64,000 nt of DNA from Neodothiora populina (taxonomy: Eukaryota). Every line of letters starts with the position of its first letter. Within the stretch, counting starts at the first letter, position 1. A program made the translations under genes and the position numbers. This document shows positions 49,880 to 63,626 of this stretch, in pieces. The DNA lies in contig NW_027191409.1 of the NCBI RefSeq assembly GCF_041146345.1, forward strand, positions 62,001 to 126,000, in the 5' to 3' direction. A model generated the notes under the pieces. That model was not told the DNA's origin. It did not search any database and saw only the letters and a list, made by a program, of their open reading frames with translations.

Positions 49880-51059
49880 TTTGAATTGGAGTTTGGACGT
49901 AAAGCCCAGAAGAAGAGAATTATGTCTTGTGAATGGACAGATACTGCGAAGATACAGAGCGTGAGACGCGTCTGTCACTACACGGAAAGAATGTCAGCGA
50001 ACTACGTCCGTGTTCTGACAAGCTCCAATCAGAGTCAGCGGGTCAGCAGTGGCAACAATACTGTCACTATTGAAACAGTGCTAGTATTGTGGAAACGAAG
50101 TGCGTGAAGTAAGAAGTGAGAAAACAAGTGATGAAATCACCCAAAAGTGATCAAATAACGATGAGCGGAAAGGTGACGAAGAGAAGAAAAGCAGAAATGG
50201 AAATGCGACACCACGATCTTTTATAGGCGTCTGTCAACGCGTGTGTCTCGCTTCGTACCTTGGCGAGTTGTTCGGAGGTGGAAGAACGTGCAGCTGTGTT
50301 TTGCACATCGAAGAAGGAAGGTACAGATTTGAGAGGCCGGGAGGAGGACATCAGAAAAGATCGGGATGGCAGCGGGCTTACCGTACAACTGCTTGGATAG
50401 CTTGACAGAGGGTGGATCGATTCTCGCACAGGGAGTGCCAATCGATTCAGCATAGCAAGACGCATAAGACCTACTATTTTGAAGGGTGTGGCGAGGTCGG
50501 GATCAAGTTCGAGAGGGGTCTTTTAAATTTGACTCTGCCAATCGCTCAGTCTTTATACCGGACCCTGAACCCAGGCACCTTGATGGTACGCTTTTCTGCA
50601 CGAGTCAGGCACGTCATCGAAGGCCAACCAGTCGCGTCATCTACACCAATATTGCACTGACTTCTTGGCCTGTGTAGAGCACCATCAAGTGCGAAGAAGC
50701 CACAGATATGACGAATGTATCGCCTTTCATACCTTATGCCATCTTTCTGTATATATCTGTGTTGCACTGTCAGTCCATGACAGGGGCATAAGGTATATTG
50801 GGTGCCAAGGCGTTGTTAACGCTCGGATCAAGCGTCGTCAACGTCCAAAGTCGACCTTAGCAACACCGGCTGTTATGGGGTGAGGTTCAATGGTTAAGAC
50901 ACTTGGGTGAGATCTGCGTATTTTCCAGTTTGTACCTAGGAAAACTAAGTCTCGGCCAGCCGGATTGAGGGAGAGTGTTGTCCTTGTACTGGTTCTCCGA
51001 GCGTAGGAGGCGGGATATAGATCGAGTGGTGGGAGCCTGGAAGACGCGTAAAACGCAAG

Positions 51060-53679
51060 ATGCCGGCATTCATCGAGCCTCATGATGAGTTCATGGGCGC
51101 TGTGCAGCAGGTGATCGTCGTACTATGATAGTATGGCGAATAATGCTGATAAGTGTATAGATCATTTTGTCTTCATCCGAGACGGATTACATTGATCAGC
51201 TGATTCCGGTGATGCGAGATGTTCGGAACTCAGATCGAGCTGCGCACCTCATACAGGCGCTCAACACAGTGTCAAGTGAACGTGAATCGGAGATTGAGAA
51301 GATATGCAACAGTAACCATCAAGAATTCATCAATTCTGTGAATCAGTTGCAACGTGTCCGGGAAGGCACAGTGACGCTGACTTCAGAGATCATGAGCCTC
51401 AGTCAGTCGATTGAAACCAGCACGGAGAAGCTCGCCGAACAGAAGAGAGCTCTTGTTGACTCACGTGGGGTCAGACAAAATATAGATGATGCCACTCAAG
51501 CACTCAAAGATTGTCTGGAGGTCTTGAGGTTGGCTAACCAGGTGCATGATTTGCTGTCGAAGAAGAATCATTATGCAGCTTTGCGCGCGCTGGACGAGTT
51601 GCAGAACGTCCACCTCCGCGAAGTCACTAGATATAAAATTGCCGAGATGATTGAACGGTCTGTGCCCGCGACTCAACGACTCATCGCCGAGGCGGTCATG
51701 GGAGATCTCAATACGTGGCTTTTCCGTATCAGAGAAACATCACAATTCCTCGGCGAAGTGGCGTTTTACCACACTGACATGCGGCGTACGAGGCATCGAG
51801 AAAGAGCCGAGCAGGACCCAGATCTCGCGCATTTCAAGTTGAACTCTGCTGTCGAGGCGGTCGCCGATGAGAGCGGGGAGTTCGACGTGCTGAATAACGA
51901 AGAGGTACAAGTTGACTTTTCACCTCTATTCGAAGCTGTTCACATTCACGACGCTCTCAACCAAAATGACAAATTCCGACTTGAGTACGCTGCTACTAGG
52001 CGCAGGCAGAAAGAGCTCCTCCTACCAACTTCTATCGACCTGTTAGATGAGGAGGGAGGAGCACTGAGCAGTCTATTAGAGAGTATCGCAGGCTTTGCTA
52101 TTGTCGAAAAGGCGACTATGCAGAAGACCGAGAACCTTCGGACACAGACAGATGTAAGTCATGGATTTCGAAAGTGGCGACCCACTAGCTCTAATGTACA
52201 TGACAGGTCGATGAGCTATGGGACTCAATGTGTCAAACTGCTATAACGTTGATTGAAAAAGAACTGTACAGGATCGACGATGATGAGAGATTACTGAAAA
52301 TCAAGGGCGTCGTTGCCTTGTTCATGCAAACTATGGACGTGAGTAAAATGAGTTATCATGAAATGCACGTAGCTAACAGAACATGTAGAGCTGGGGCTAC
52401 TCGGTTGCAAGCCTAGAGCGCCTACTACTGACCCTCTTCGAGGTTTACTCGCAATATCTCAAGGCAAAGTTCAGCGATGACTTCCAGGAAATCGTTTCCT
52501 CGGATGACTACATGCCCATGCCTATCAATAATCCCGACGAATACGAAAAGGTTGTAGCGGTGTCATGGTACGCACCAGAGCAAGAACCCGAACAACTCAC
52601 GTTTCCGTGTGTACTACCGTTCTCGCAAATGTACCCGCTGTGCTGCATCGACATCCGCAACTTTCTTAATCAAATATACCTCTTCTCAGATGACAACTTT
52701 CAAAACACGAGTGTCATCGACGACACGTTGCGAACTTCGCTCGATGAGTTACTCTGTGAGCGTGTATGCGATACCCTAGTCGCCAAACTCAGCTCTCAAT
52801 ATCCCGGCCAGATCGTACAAATTCTGACAAACCTCGACCACTTCGAGACGGCGTGCCAGGAACTTCAAGCACTCTTGGTCGAAGCCCGCTCGTCAAGCAG
52901 TGCTGCAGGGCCTGTCATACTCAAAGCAACAGAGAAGTTCACAAACGCTAAAAAGCAGGCGGAAAAGCGGATCTTCGAGCTCGTCAACAGCAAGATCGAC
53001 GACCTGATAGAAACAGCAGAGTACGATTGGACGAGCATATATGTTCCAGCGGACGCTTCGCCCTATATGCAGGAGCTTACGCGTTACCTGTCCAACATCA
53101 TGCACACAGTCCTGCTTGGTCTGCCGATCGCGCTGAAGTCGCTGATCTACTTCGATGCCCTGAGCCATATCTCGACCTCCCTGCTCGCGCTCCCTCTGGA
53201 CGCACACATCAAGACAATCTCTCCGCAGGCTGTCACGGCTTTCCGCCTGGACTGCGAATACCTCGTGGATTTCGTCAAGGCAATGGGCGACCAGGTGCTC
53301 GAAGAAGGCCTGGACGAGCTAGTGCAGACAACAGACCTTATGAGTATGGTAGGGAGCATGGGTCGCGAAAGAGCCGAGGAGGAGTTCTTCGATGTGGAGA
53401 AGGGTAGACGCAGGTTCGGCAAGGTGGACAAGATGAGTGGTGCTGAGCTGCTCGAAAAGTAAGTCACTTCTCTCCTTTCTGAATCTCCTATATCTGCGGC
53501 AAAATCTAGTAGAGTCTGTGCTAATGGCCAACAACAACAGAGTCTCTCAAGGGGCAGTCCTGGAACAGAACGCCCAGCAGGGCATGCCGCCCCCTACACC
53601 AGTGGACAAGAAACCGACGATGAATTTCCCCAAATTTGCAGGTCGCTTCGGTGTGGGGCATAATCGTGATTCCTCATAG
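51060..53679 (+). CDS. SEC15: Exocyst complex component Sec15, 5 exons
   Basis: QQ|IILSSSETDYIDQL, NHQEFINSV, NHYAALRALDELQNVHL, SDDYMPM, FPCVLPFSQMYPLCCIDIRNF, EKRIFELVNSKIDDLIETAEYDW. Four GT-AG introns. Confidence 0.95.
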
Positions 53680-54999
53680 AGCGCCCACTAATCGCTTCGA
53701 TCTTGACATGTCCGCAGTCCACGACAAGAGAACAAAAGTGGGATGGACAAAGAAACGTGTAGTACTAAAAGCATCTTGCATACCTACCTGCTTAATTTTC
53801 ACGAAAGACAATTTGATCGGTATAGTGAGCTCAATCTTGCAGAGTGTAATGATAAGATCTCGACTACTTTCGCTTCGTGCTGAGGCAGGAGTGTGGCATG
53901 TGCTTCGCTTTTCGCGGGGTTGGGTTCCACTGCCACCTCCTACTCCACCACCTACAGTTCTGACTCCCTCCACCCATATTCCGCCATGGCCGTTCAGACC
54001 ACCTACTATCACTGCCCCAAACTCCATCACTGTCGCTGACGTCTAGTCAATATTGTCGTGAGATTATACCACAAGTACAGAAATATACGACTCTCGTCTT
54101 GCACATTCTAATCATCCCTATCACGATCCCAGTAATCTTGCTATACATTTGAGCAGTCTTCTTTGGCATGTTTGCGCACGTAACTTATCCCCCACAAAAC
54201 AAGTAAACTCTATATGACTTATTTCGTTTCCTGTGAGTCTATCATGGAAGAACTCATGAACTAATTACGCTGATACCGGCTCAGCTCTGATCTGCGCCGG
54301 CTTGGCGAGTTTCAGTATCTTGATAGATGCATCGAAGATCTGGAGTATTGACCTAGCCGCTCTTCGCGATACTAGAGAGGCAGTTCCTGTACTGTGACCG
54401 ATTCGAACATTGTCTTTGAGACCATTGACCTGCGTTAGGACACTCTATCAAATCAGGTCATCCTTATTCCACCTTCGTCTGAATCAATGCTGCCAAGAAA
54501 TACCTACTACCAACCAACCACCACTGGGTGGATATGTCGCCTTACTCTCCCGAAATATAAAAACACACTGCAATGCATAATTGGCACTGAAGCTATAGTC
54601 GCACGGCCCCATGTTGTATTACTTCAAACCATGCAGCTGAATGTCTTCGCCTATCATGATAGATAAACCTGCATAGTCCTGATAAGCTATTGTTCTTTAG
54701 ACCTACCGACTCTGCCACTTACTATCCCGAACGGTAATCATGAGAAAACTGACCAATCATAAACACAGTTTCGATGTGGCAATAGAAGTATTCGCGATGC
54801 CCAGAAACGGTCCAAAGCCGCTCGAATGACCACACATGTCGATATATGCTTCGGCCAACCTCGTTATCTTGCGCTGTGAGTGGTGTAGTGGTATGCTGCG
54901 CGCTCTGATGGTATATAAGAACAGATTGGTCCGCAAGACCATGTCTGCGCTCATCTCGTATGTCTTTCTTCTCAAGATTGAACGCAAACAACCTCAAAT

Positions 55000-57206
55000 A
55001 TGACTACCGAGAAGATTGATTTAGACCCAAAGGTGTCCTCACAAGAGGCGACCATGGAAAAGACCGACTCGAACAACATAGCTGTTGGAGAGGTGTTTGA
55101 CCTCTCTGACGATGTCGGTAGGTCTCGATGTACCCAAGTCTGCAAGACAACGTACACGTACTCACAAGCCATGTATGTAGTGCAAGCCGAAGGTCAATTC
55201 TCCGATGCTCAGTACAAGAAACTCAAGAGAAAGGTCGATCGCTATATCTTGCCTCTTATGTGGATTTGTTATGGTATCCAGCAGACGGACAAGACGGCCA
55301 TGGGTACTCAGGCAAACTTCGGCCTCCGCGAGGACACCCATCTGGTGGGGCAGCAATACTCTTGGTTGACAACCATATTCTGTACGTCTATCATGATCGA
55401 GATGATGGCTTCCTGTGGACTCCTCTCAGGAAATCGACTGACAATTACAGACCTCGCATACATGTGTTTCGAGTTTCCTAGCAACATCTTGCTTCAGAGA
55501 TACAAGATGGGTCGTACACTTTCCATCTACATGCTATGTTGGGGTGTAGTTGTGCTCTGCATTGGCTTCGCAAAGGACTTCAGGCACCTCATGGCCCTTC
55601 GTGCCTTACAGGGTATGTTCGAGTGCTGTATCAGCCCGGGATTCATTCTCGTGGTGGGTAGCTGGTACAAGACGCGAGAACACGCTTCGAGATCTCTGGT
55701 CTTCCAAAGTGCAAATGCTGGGTATGATTGTCTTGTATCGTAGCCAAGTACCTTGTTTTGTATCCGAATTCTCTAACAAACGACCGTTGTAGGTTTTCCA
55801 TACCTGCCAGTCTCATCTTGTACGGTATCGGCAAGAGTGCTTCGAAGAATTCCAGCGTTGAACCCTGGAGGTACATGTCATATGTGAGTCAAGAAGCGAG
55901 GTATCTTGCGATGATCAATCGATTAACGTATGTCAGTTCCTGGGCAGTCTAACCATATTGATCGGCATCCTTTGCTTGTTTCTACTTGGTACACCATCCG
56001 AAGTCAGGTGGCTGAGCCATGAAGAAAAGACGATGGCCAATGCTAGAATCGTCGGAAACAACACGGGACACGACAGGACTGGTGTCAGACACTGGCAATG
56101 GAAGCAGGCCCTGGAGTGTCTAAGCGATCCTTGTGTGAGTAGCATCTGAAGATACATACTTTCGCTTCGCCACAGTGCTGATAAACATAAGTTCTGGTAC
56201 GCCGGGATAAACGCCTTCCTTTCATCGGTCCCGAATGGTGGCCTCACCACGTTCGGATCTATCATCAACAAGTCATTCGGCTTCAGTAAGTTCACAGTGA
56301 GATTCTGTAGCAAAGCGCCGACTGAGCTCTTCCTTAGCTTCTTTAGAGGTCATCCTCTACGATATCCCGAGGTCTGCATTTTCCGTATTGTACTTTGTCC
56401 TGATTGGCTGCATTACCAGCAGATGGAAGGACACTAGACTGTGAGTACAGAAGCAGAACATTATATGGAAGTGCAGCTGACAGACTCTCTAGCTACTTCA
56501 TGGCGTTCTCGTCCTTACCACCTCTTTGTGGATTTTTGGTCATGTCCCTACTGCCAAATGAGCCCAAGTACAAGTGGACCAAATGGGGTGAGTGCTTTTG
56601 GTTTCTTGTAACAAGCGCAGCTAACATAGTTTGGCATGACAGGCGGTTACTTTTTATCCGTTCCCTTCGTCATCTCACTCTTCCTGGCGTGGTCACTGAT
56701 TCCCTCGAACACGGCTGGTCGAACGAAGCGTACTCTGACCAGCTCATTCACCTTTGTTGGATACTGCGTTGGTAACATGGTTGGTAGTCAGATCTTCCAA
56801 GCCAAGGATGCTGTAAGTTTTGTTTCCATTGACCTTCAAACACCTATGAATGGCCACTTCGAGTACTGACATGTGGTTCAGCCTCGATATACGAACGGCA
56901 CAGTTGCATGCGCCGTCTGCTTTGGTCTTGAGTTTGTCCTGCTGTGCATCTGGCGTACCACGCTCGTCTTGCGTAATCGACGTAGAGAACGAGCGATGCA
57001 GAATGATGGGCTCAGCGAGGAAGAACGGATCAAGAAAGCGAAAGAGCTTGGTGAGGCTGACGCGACGGACTTTGAGAACCCATACGTAAGTACAAGTCAA
57101 CCTTTTCCTCGGTTTCCCTTCGTTGTCAACCAGATGGACTCGTGATCAATGCGATTTTGAAATGGCGGAGTCTAATCGATACATGCAGTTCCGCTACAGT
57201 CTCTGA
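55000..57206 (+). CDS. MFS allantoate-permease (Dal5) family transporter, many introns
   Basis: KRKVDRYILP, QQTDK, QYSWLTTIF, LRALQGMFECCISPG, WYKTREH, VPNGGLTTFG, SNTAGRTKR, YCVGNMVGSQIF, DATDFENPY|FRYSL*. GATA sites lie upstream. Confidence 0.88.
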
Positions 57207-57844
57207 AGTGGGTGATTACAGATGTTAACACAGCAAGATCAGGCCGGAAGAGTCGTCATGTCTGGCGTGGAATAGCTGTCAGCTGTAAGGGTTTCATCCA
57301 ATTGCTTCATTCGTATTTGAGTGTTTATGATATAGAATATTAGAGCAAGTGAGCAATCATGATGGTGAGCCAATGTGCACAATGTTGTTTACCGAATCCA
57401 TACGCTATATGAAGAGATGGACCCACCCATGCCAACCTGCAGTGCCTCTTCACTTTATATTGAGCAACACAAGTGCGACAACTATAATCCATTACATACA
57501 CTGCAACACCAACGTAGCATAAACCGCCCCTCTATATAAGAGCCACCTAGGTACCTTGGGTACTATAAGGTGAGGTGTGCAAAGAAAGAGCCATCAATCC
57601 ATGACGTCACCCCACCCCAAAGCACCAGCAAGCTCCGACGCATCCCCGAGGATAACACAGAGACGCAGTCGAACGTCCGAACGAGTGCCAATCAATATCT
57701 CAATTTCTATTTCGGCATTGGTACTGCTAAATCCAAAGACTTGCAATTACCCCCCCCCCCCTGTAAGGTGTGCAACATCAAGGTCAGACGCAGAGTGGAT
57801 AGGTCCCGCGGGCACGTGAACATCGCCGAAGACTCAAGAAAGAG

Positions 57845-58643
57845 ATGACGCGGACACGCGGGCATTTGGACAGTGAAGAGACGAATGCTGCGGCGTGGGA
57901 GGCTACTAGGGGGGCGGTGACTGGTGCTGCCAGGGTGCGTATTCTTTTCTTCCATCTATTCCTCTCCTTTCTATCTGTCTTGTCTGTGTTTTGGAGTTGG
58001 ATTTTCTGTTCTTTGTGTGGGAGCTGGATGCTGGTTCTGTATTTTGTTCCTTGAGGTGGGGGTGAAGTGTGGTTGGAGGTGATGTTGTTATCTTTGGGGG
58101 GTTCATTTTACTAAAGATATCCCGTTCACTTGAATAACTTGTAGAGAGACATGGGATGGCCTCGGTTCGGTACTTTTCTTAGATTGCTTTGTTTCTACAA
58201 CGGCACAGACAGAGTCCACTCGAAGAAGAAAAGGGCTCCATTCAAGCAGAGAAGAAGCAAAAGCAAACCAGTAAAAAGAAGAGATCAAAGCGACAAAGAA
58301 CCAACGACTAACGAACCAACCACAGTGGGGCGTCTACTCAGCCGTCCTAGGCGGCCTAGCATACGCAGCAAGTCCGGTATATCGAGGCCTGACGATCCAA
58401 TTCAAAGTGTACGTCTTGTCCTATTCCATCCCCCTTTCTGCAAGATGACCAATACAAAACCAGATTCCTCCAGATGTCAGGCATGGTGGCAGGCTCGATG
58501 ATAGAAGCCGACAACCGGCTGCGCGCGCACGAGTGGAATGTGCGACAGCACAGGAAACTGCAGCGCGATGCGGCGGTCTGGAAACAGTATGAAGAGGAGT
58601 ACGATAGGTTTGCCGTCGGTGTTGGTGGTGGTAGTGGGACGGG

Positions 58644-58679
<36 letters not shown>

Positions 58680-58719
58680 GAGCGCGGCGGATGATGTGAT
58701 TAAGAAAGAAGAAAAGTGA
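57845..58719 (+). CDS. Rcf3-like small mitochondrial membrane protein, 3 exons
   Basis: MTRTRGHLDSEETNAAAWEATRGAVTGAAR|WGVYSAVLGGLAYAASPVYRGLTIQFKV|FLQMSGMVAGSMIEADNRLR. An (ACG)10 repeat encodes poly-Thr near the C-terminus. Confidence 0.75.
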
Positions 58720-59256
58720 ACCTTTTATTGTTTGTACGTTTGAACCGGTTGGCTGTGTGTATATGGTGCAGAGAGATAGTGGCGATTGGCTGGTCCAATG
58801 GGCGAAAAGCAAGCGAAATCAGAGCTCTCCTTTTGAACATGGTGGTTGTACACGTGAATTCAAGTAATACTGATGGACGAGAGCTGGAGAAAAGCGAAAT
58901 GGAGAGTAGAAATGTATGAATGATGGTATAGCTCGGCTAAAGAAAACACTACAAGGCAAGCTTGGTCAAGACTAGAATGGAAAAAAAGTAACCCCTCCCA
59001 GCCAAAAGGAGAACACCGTGGGCTATAAGGGCAAAGGAAGACCAACCGAAACGCCCGAACAACGCCGCCGCTCACGAGTAGTGGTCTCGGCTTTTGAGTG
59101 CTTGCTTGCCTATCGCGCCCTGGGTCATGGATATCTAGTGAAGAAGACCACAGGGATTTGGTTCCGGCGGTGCTTCTTCTGCAAGACTCTCTGTTTGTCC
59201 AGAGTCACAAGTCAGGCGAGCGAAGGTTGTGTCGTATAGAAAAGACTCGAGCTCGC

Positions 59257-59813
59257 TCACAAGCGGTCAAACATGACAGCCTTCCTGTCCAAGGGCCGAC
59301 CATCAGCACCGATATTCTCCCTGCCGAATCTCTCCTCCATATACAGGCGTCTGGCCTCATCGAAGCCCAATCCGCGACTCTTCATGATCCTCTGCACATC
59401 CCTCTTCGCATCCTCGTCCAGTCCCCTCCTGCTGTCTCCGCCCTCGACGTTCTGCGCCAGGTCGAAATTCGACGACGAGAAGCCGGCTTCGAGATCAGAC
59501 TGGAAGGAGCCGCCGTTCAGGGCGGGGGTCGTGGGCAGGCGCACGTAGCGCTGGGTTCCCAGGATCCATGATACTGGTGGGTGGGATTTCAGAGTCTCGA
59601 TGAGGCTGAAGAGCCAGTCTGGGATGGGGCCTGGTGCTGTGAGATAGGGAATCGGCGGGGCATGGACGATCCAGAGGGAGCGGGTCGCATAGAAGACTGG
59701 GTTTGGTTGTTAGTTGCTGTTGTGATTGGACATTTATGCTGATGGGAGTGGGAGAGCTTACCGGTGGCTGTTACTAGAAAGAAAAAGGAGACGGCGTAGA
59801 AGAAGTAGCCCAT
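59257..59813 (-). CDS. DUF2015/UPF0357 (YCL012C-like) membrane-anchored protein, 2 exons
   Basis: N-terminal TM segment, then SFQSDLEAGFSSSNFDL, GDSRRGLD, FDEARR and IGADGRPLDRKAV. Intron about 59697-59761. Confidence 0.85.
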
Positions 59814-60579
59814 TCTGGCTGTGACGTGACTGTCTGTTCTGAATTTGTGTATAGAAGGAATTGCGCAACAAAAGGAACAGAAAGGAGATTGTTGACGAGG
59901 TTGTTATGTGTGATATGAAAAGAGTATTATCATATGTCCTGCGACATGGTCACAGGTCAGAGTCGCGACGACGGGCCCCTGCTCTGCTTGGACTTGGGTA
60001 TGTCTGATGAGAAAGGGTGATTGAACGGAAGGAAAGAGGAAAGCAGAGTAAGACGATATACCATCCGCAGTCTTCCTGAGCAGCAGCAGCAGCACCTGCC
60101 TGCGCCTCCCGAAGTCGTTAACGCCGACGCGGCAATATTCCTTTGCTATCACTTCAAAGGCAACTTTAGTCTTATATTGTATGACTTTAGCTTACCTGTA
60201 GTCTTGACCGCGATCTGGGGGATCGTGGCTTATTGCGTACTTGGACACGATACCGTAATCACCTTGATTAGGTACCTTAGTCGCTGCACACTGCTGTATG
60301 TCACGGCTGGGTATCTCAGCAACTCCTGACTCCTGGATGAACGCCGAGTCGGCCGCTACTCCCGACTTGGCAGAAAAAGCCCTACACCCCAAGAAAGGGA
60401 AGGTTAGCCGAATTTCGCTTGCCCACAGTGGAATGTGGAATGTGGAATGTGGAAGGCGCTGCTGGGGCTGGTGTTGCTACTGTGAAGAAGAAAGATTAGA
60501 ACTACTTACTCAGTTCAGCAACGTCAATCCACTTTTCCACCTCTTCAATTCAGCTCAACTCGCTTGCAATACCGTCGCA

Positions 60580-61324
60580 ATGGCCACCGTCTACGATAAC
60601 AACTCTTACGACCTCATCTGGGAGACCATCCGTACGTTTCGTCTTCGTCTCTTTCCTACAATTCATTCTCTTCAAACGAAATTTCAACGGGAGCGGAAAG
60701 AGGAGGACGGCAAGGTTCAAGAGCGAGAGATGTGTCGTTCATCGAAGAAGGAGGAAAGAGGAGGATTGGAGAGGATGGACCACAGAATGGGATGAATCAC
60801 AGAACAAATTGCTGACACCTTGTCTTCCACTCTGCTCAGGCAACAACAATGCCTTCCTCGTCAAGCGCAAGCAGGCCGGTGGTGTCCAGTTCTCCAAGGA
60901 CCCCCTGAACTTGACCAACAAGCACTCCCGCAAGGTCAGTCGCCTCTAGTCAATCGCTGCCAAACCCCGTCCAAGACCTGACCTGACCTGACCTGACCTC
61001 CCACAGTACTCTTCCCTTGCCAACCCTGCTGCCATCGGCATAAACGCCACCAAGGACGGCAAGATCGCCCTCACCACCAAGCTCGGAAAGAAGGCCGCCA
61101 AGCCCAACAAGTCTTACCAGACCTCGACCTTCAAGGCCTCGACCCCTAGCCGCAAGCTCTACCGCTCCATCGTCACCTCCACCTACAACAAGGGTTACCG
61201 CCCCGACCTCCGCGAGGAGGCCGTCCAGCGCGCCACCGCTGTCGTTCTCTCCCAGCGTGAGAAGAAGGCCGCCCCTGCCTCCAAGCCCAGAGGCAAGAAG
61301 GCCCAGAAGGCTGCCTCCGCCTAA
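60580..61324 (+). CDS. RPL28: 60S ribosomal protein eL28, 3 exons
   Basis: [48 protein letters not shown]...[17 protein letters not shown]. Strong codon bias. AGCCCTA element upstream at about 60378. Confidence 0.93.
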
Positions 61325-61934
61325 GCGCATTTCTTCTGATCTGATGAGCTTTGGGATGATCAAACCAAAAAGAGGTGGCTGGGGTTTTTCTTGTCGGATC
61401 GAAAAGTCCCTCGATCGTGCGAAGAGTTCGGTTCGGCGGGCGATTGGCGGGTCTGGAGTGTGCGCCTCTTTGATGAGAGAAGCAGAAAAGTTCTAGACCT
61501 CACGAGACCATGGCTGAGATTTTTAAAAGGCTGTCGTCTGCGTTACGGGACATTAGACATGTTCGAGTGTCGATTGCCTGCTGTAGAAAAATGCCAGTTT
61601 GACGTAAAACCATGCACATTTTCTGACCCCTCTATCCTTCGTGTTACTTGCTATGTGAAAATGTCCACGGCAAAAGTGTGTGCATTTTGAAGTCTAGCCC
61701 TTTGCACCTTACGTTCTGTCTACGACCATGAGAACTAAAAACACTGGGAATTGATAATGATACACGTCCTTCCGATTGCTATGCTGTAGTAAATCGCTAT
61801 GCCATAATCATGCAAATACTTGTAAACATCATCAACCTCCAAGAGCTTCATTACTCGCCCAGAGGGTCACTCCAGCATAATGCATCCATCTCTCAGACCC
61901 AAAGCAGATCAATGCTCAAAAAGCATCCAACCAC

Positions 61935-62395
61935 TCAAAGGCCCAAAGGATTCTGCCCAGTCTGTGCCTTGCCCCCGATAGCCTCATCTGCCTCTCTCTC
62001 TTGCCTCGCACTCTCCTCTCGACGAGACTTGTTGCCCTTGAGCTTGTCTGTGTTGCTCTCGCCGCTGCCGAAGGGCTGCGCCAGCCCGCCGACGACGCTG
62101 CCGACTGGGGACAGGCCTTTGTTCAGCGCTTTGCCTGCTGGGTCGCCGATGAAGGATAGGAGTCCTTTTTGGTCGTACGAGTCAGTATACGTTGTCTCGA
62201 GCCTCAGCGGATGGTAGTAGGCGAAAGGAAAGGACGAGGCGCTAGACATGGGGCTGCTGTGTATAAGCAGCTTTGACTTTTGGCAATATTGACCTTACCT
62301 TTCTGTTCGGGGTCTCCGAGTGAGACATTGTTGCCGTCGACCGTGTGCACAAGGTTACTCTCTCGCTCCATTTCTTCTTGGGTCTTGGTACTCAT
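61935..62395 (-). CDS. Small hydrophilic hypothetical protein, 2 exons
   Basis: Exon 1 MSTKTQEEMERE...PEQK, intron 62165-62298 (GTAAGG..CTGAC..AAG), exon 2 GLLSFIGDPAGKALNKGLSPVG...AIGGKAQTGQNPLGL*. Confidence 0.7.
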
Positions 62396-63242
62396 AACTT
62401 CTGATTACTGAGAGTGATTCGTTAGGAAGGGTAGATGTGTTTTTATATGTAAAAAGCCAAGGTAGATCTTTTCTTGCGTTGGTTCTTGTGACCAGCAGGA
62501 AGAATGGACTATGATATAGCTACATGTCATCTTTTCTTCTTCTCTCTTGCTGCTTGTTACCTTGCCTAAAGGCCAGCCCAGGCGAAGGCGGGTCTCTTGA
62601 CCCTGCTACCTACGTCATGCGTAATATAGTTCCTTTCTCCACGGGTACGGCATACACGCGCGAAAGGTATCTCTACCTGTCGAGAGTGATGCATGCACAC
62701 CATCACGACGGGACGGCACGGCCGCACACCGCATGATCTATCCTTCCTCTTCATTTCGAAACATGACATATCACACCTTCGTAAGGCGACTTGAAACAGG
62801 ATTTGTAGTGTTACAAGTCAACACAGCGATACCTTGTAATTATGTGTATCTTGTGCATGTGTGAGGTGTTCATGATTCCTGGCTCCCTGCGAATTCCAGA
62901 TGACGCAACAGGATCTGCCTAGAGAGAAGCTACGGCCATACGGCGACGTCGATCTGCTGGGCGACGGTGCGGCTGTACAAAGCTGCCTCGCTGCCATTCT
63001 TGGCTTTCATTGAGTATAGGGTCACCCTGTTCTCTTGTCCAGCGAGATCCCCATTCGGTCCTATGGTCACCTATTGTGATTGTTGACCTGTGATGTACGT
63101 TTCAGACAAATATCAACTCGAATGAGTCGCCTAAGGGCATGCGACTTCTCATAGTGAACCATTCCTGAAAAATGTCAATTGGAGATGTAAAGAACAATGG
63201 TTGGTTGAAAATTAAAAAGATTGAGAATCTCGGGACAGCTAT

Positions 63243-63626
63243 CTATTCGACAGTAACGGATTTGCCCAGGTTCCTCGGGAACTCGGCATCCAGACCACCA
63301 GCTATAGCAAGCCAATAAGCTAGGAGCTGCAAAGGAACCACATTCAGTAGGCCTTGGAGAGCATCAATGTTGCGAGGCACCTCGATCTTCCTAATATTGT
63401 TATTGACGAATTCTGGATCAGCAGTAACGCAGATAACAATAGGACGGCCGTTACGAGCAGATCACTGCTCGTAAGCAATGAGTGATGTAGAAACGACGTC
63501 GTCACGCGTCAGTATCATAACAATTGGTATAGATTCGTCGATCAGGGCCAACACACCGTGTTTGAGTTCGCCAGTCATGACAGCCTCGCAATGTAGATAG
63601 GATATCTCCTTGATCTTCAAGGCACC
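63243..63626 (-). pseudogene. Glutamine:fructose-6-phosphate amidotransferase (GFA1-like) C-terminal SIS-domain remnant with in-frame stop
   Basis: [30 protein letters not shown]...YEQ*SARNGRPIVIC...LQGLLNVVPLQLLAYWLA..GLDAEFPRNLGKSVTVE*. TGA at 63462-63464. Upstream homology is only fragmentary. Confidence 0.8.

Noticed and set aside
53674..54046. Gly-rich / Pro-rich overlapping ORFs downstream of SEC15
   Set aside because: Low-complexity sequence with no recognisable domain or clear gene structure.
63462..63464. Programmed readthrough, selenocysteine or A-to-I rescue of the GFA1-like TGA
   Set aside because: The context is TGA-TCT rather than the TGA-CTA readthrough motif, Trp or Sec is not expected at this site, and the upstream coding sequence is also degraded.
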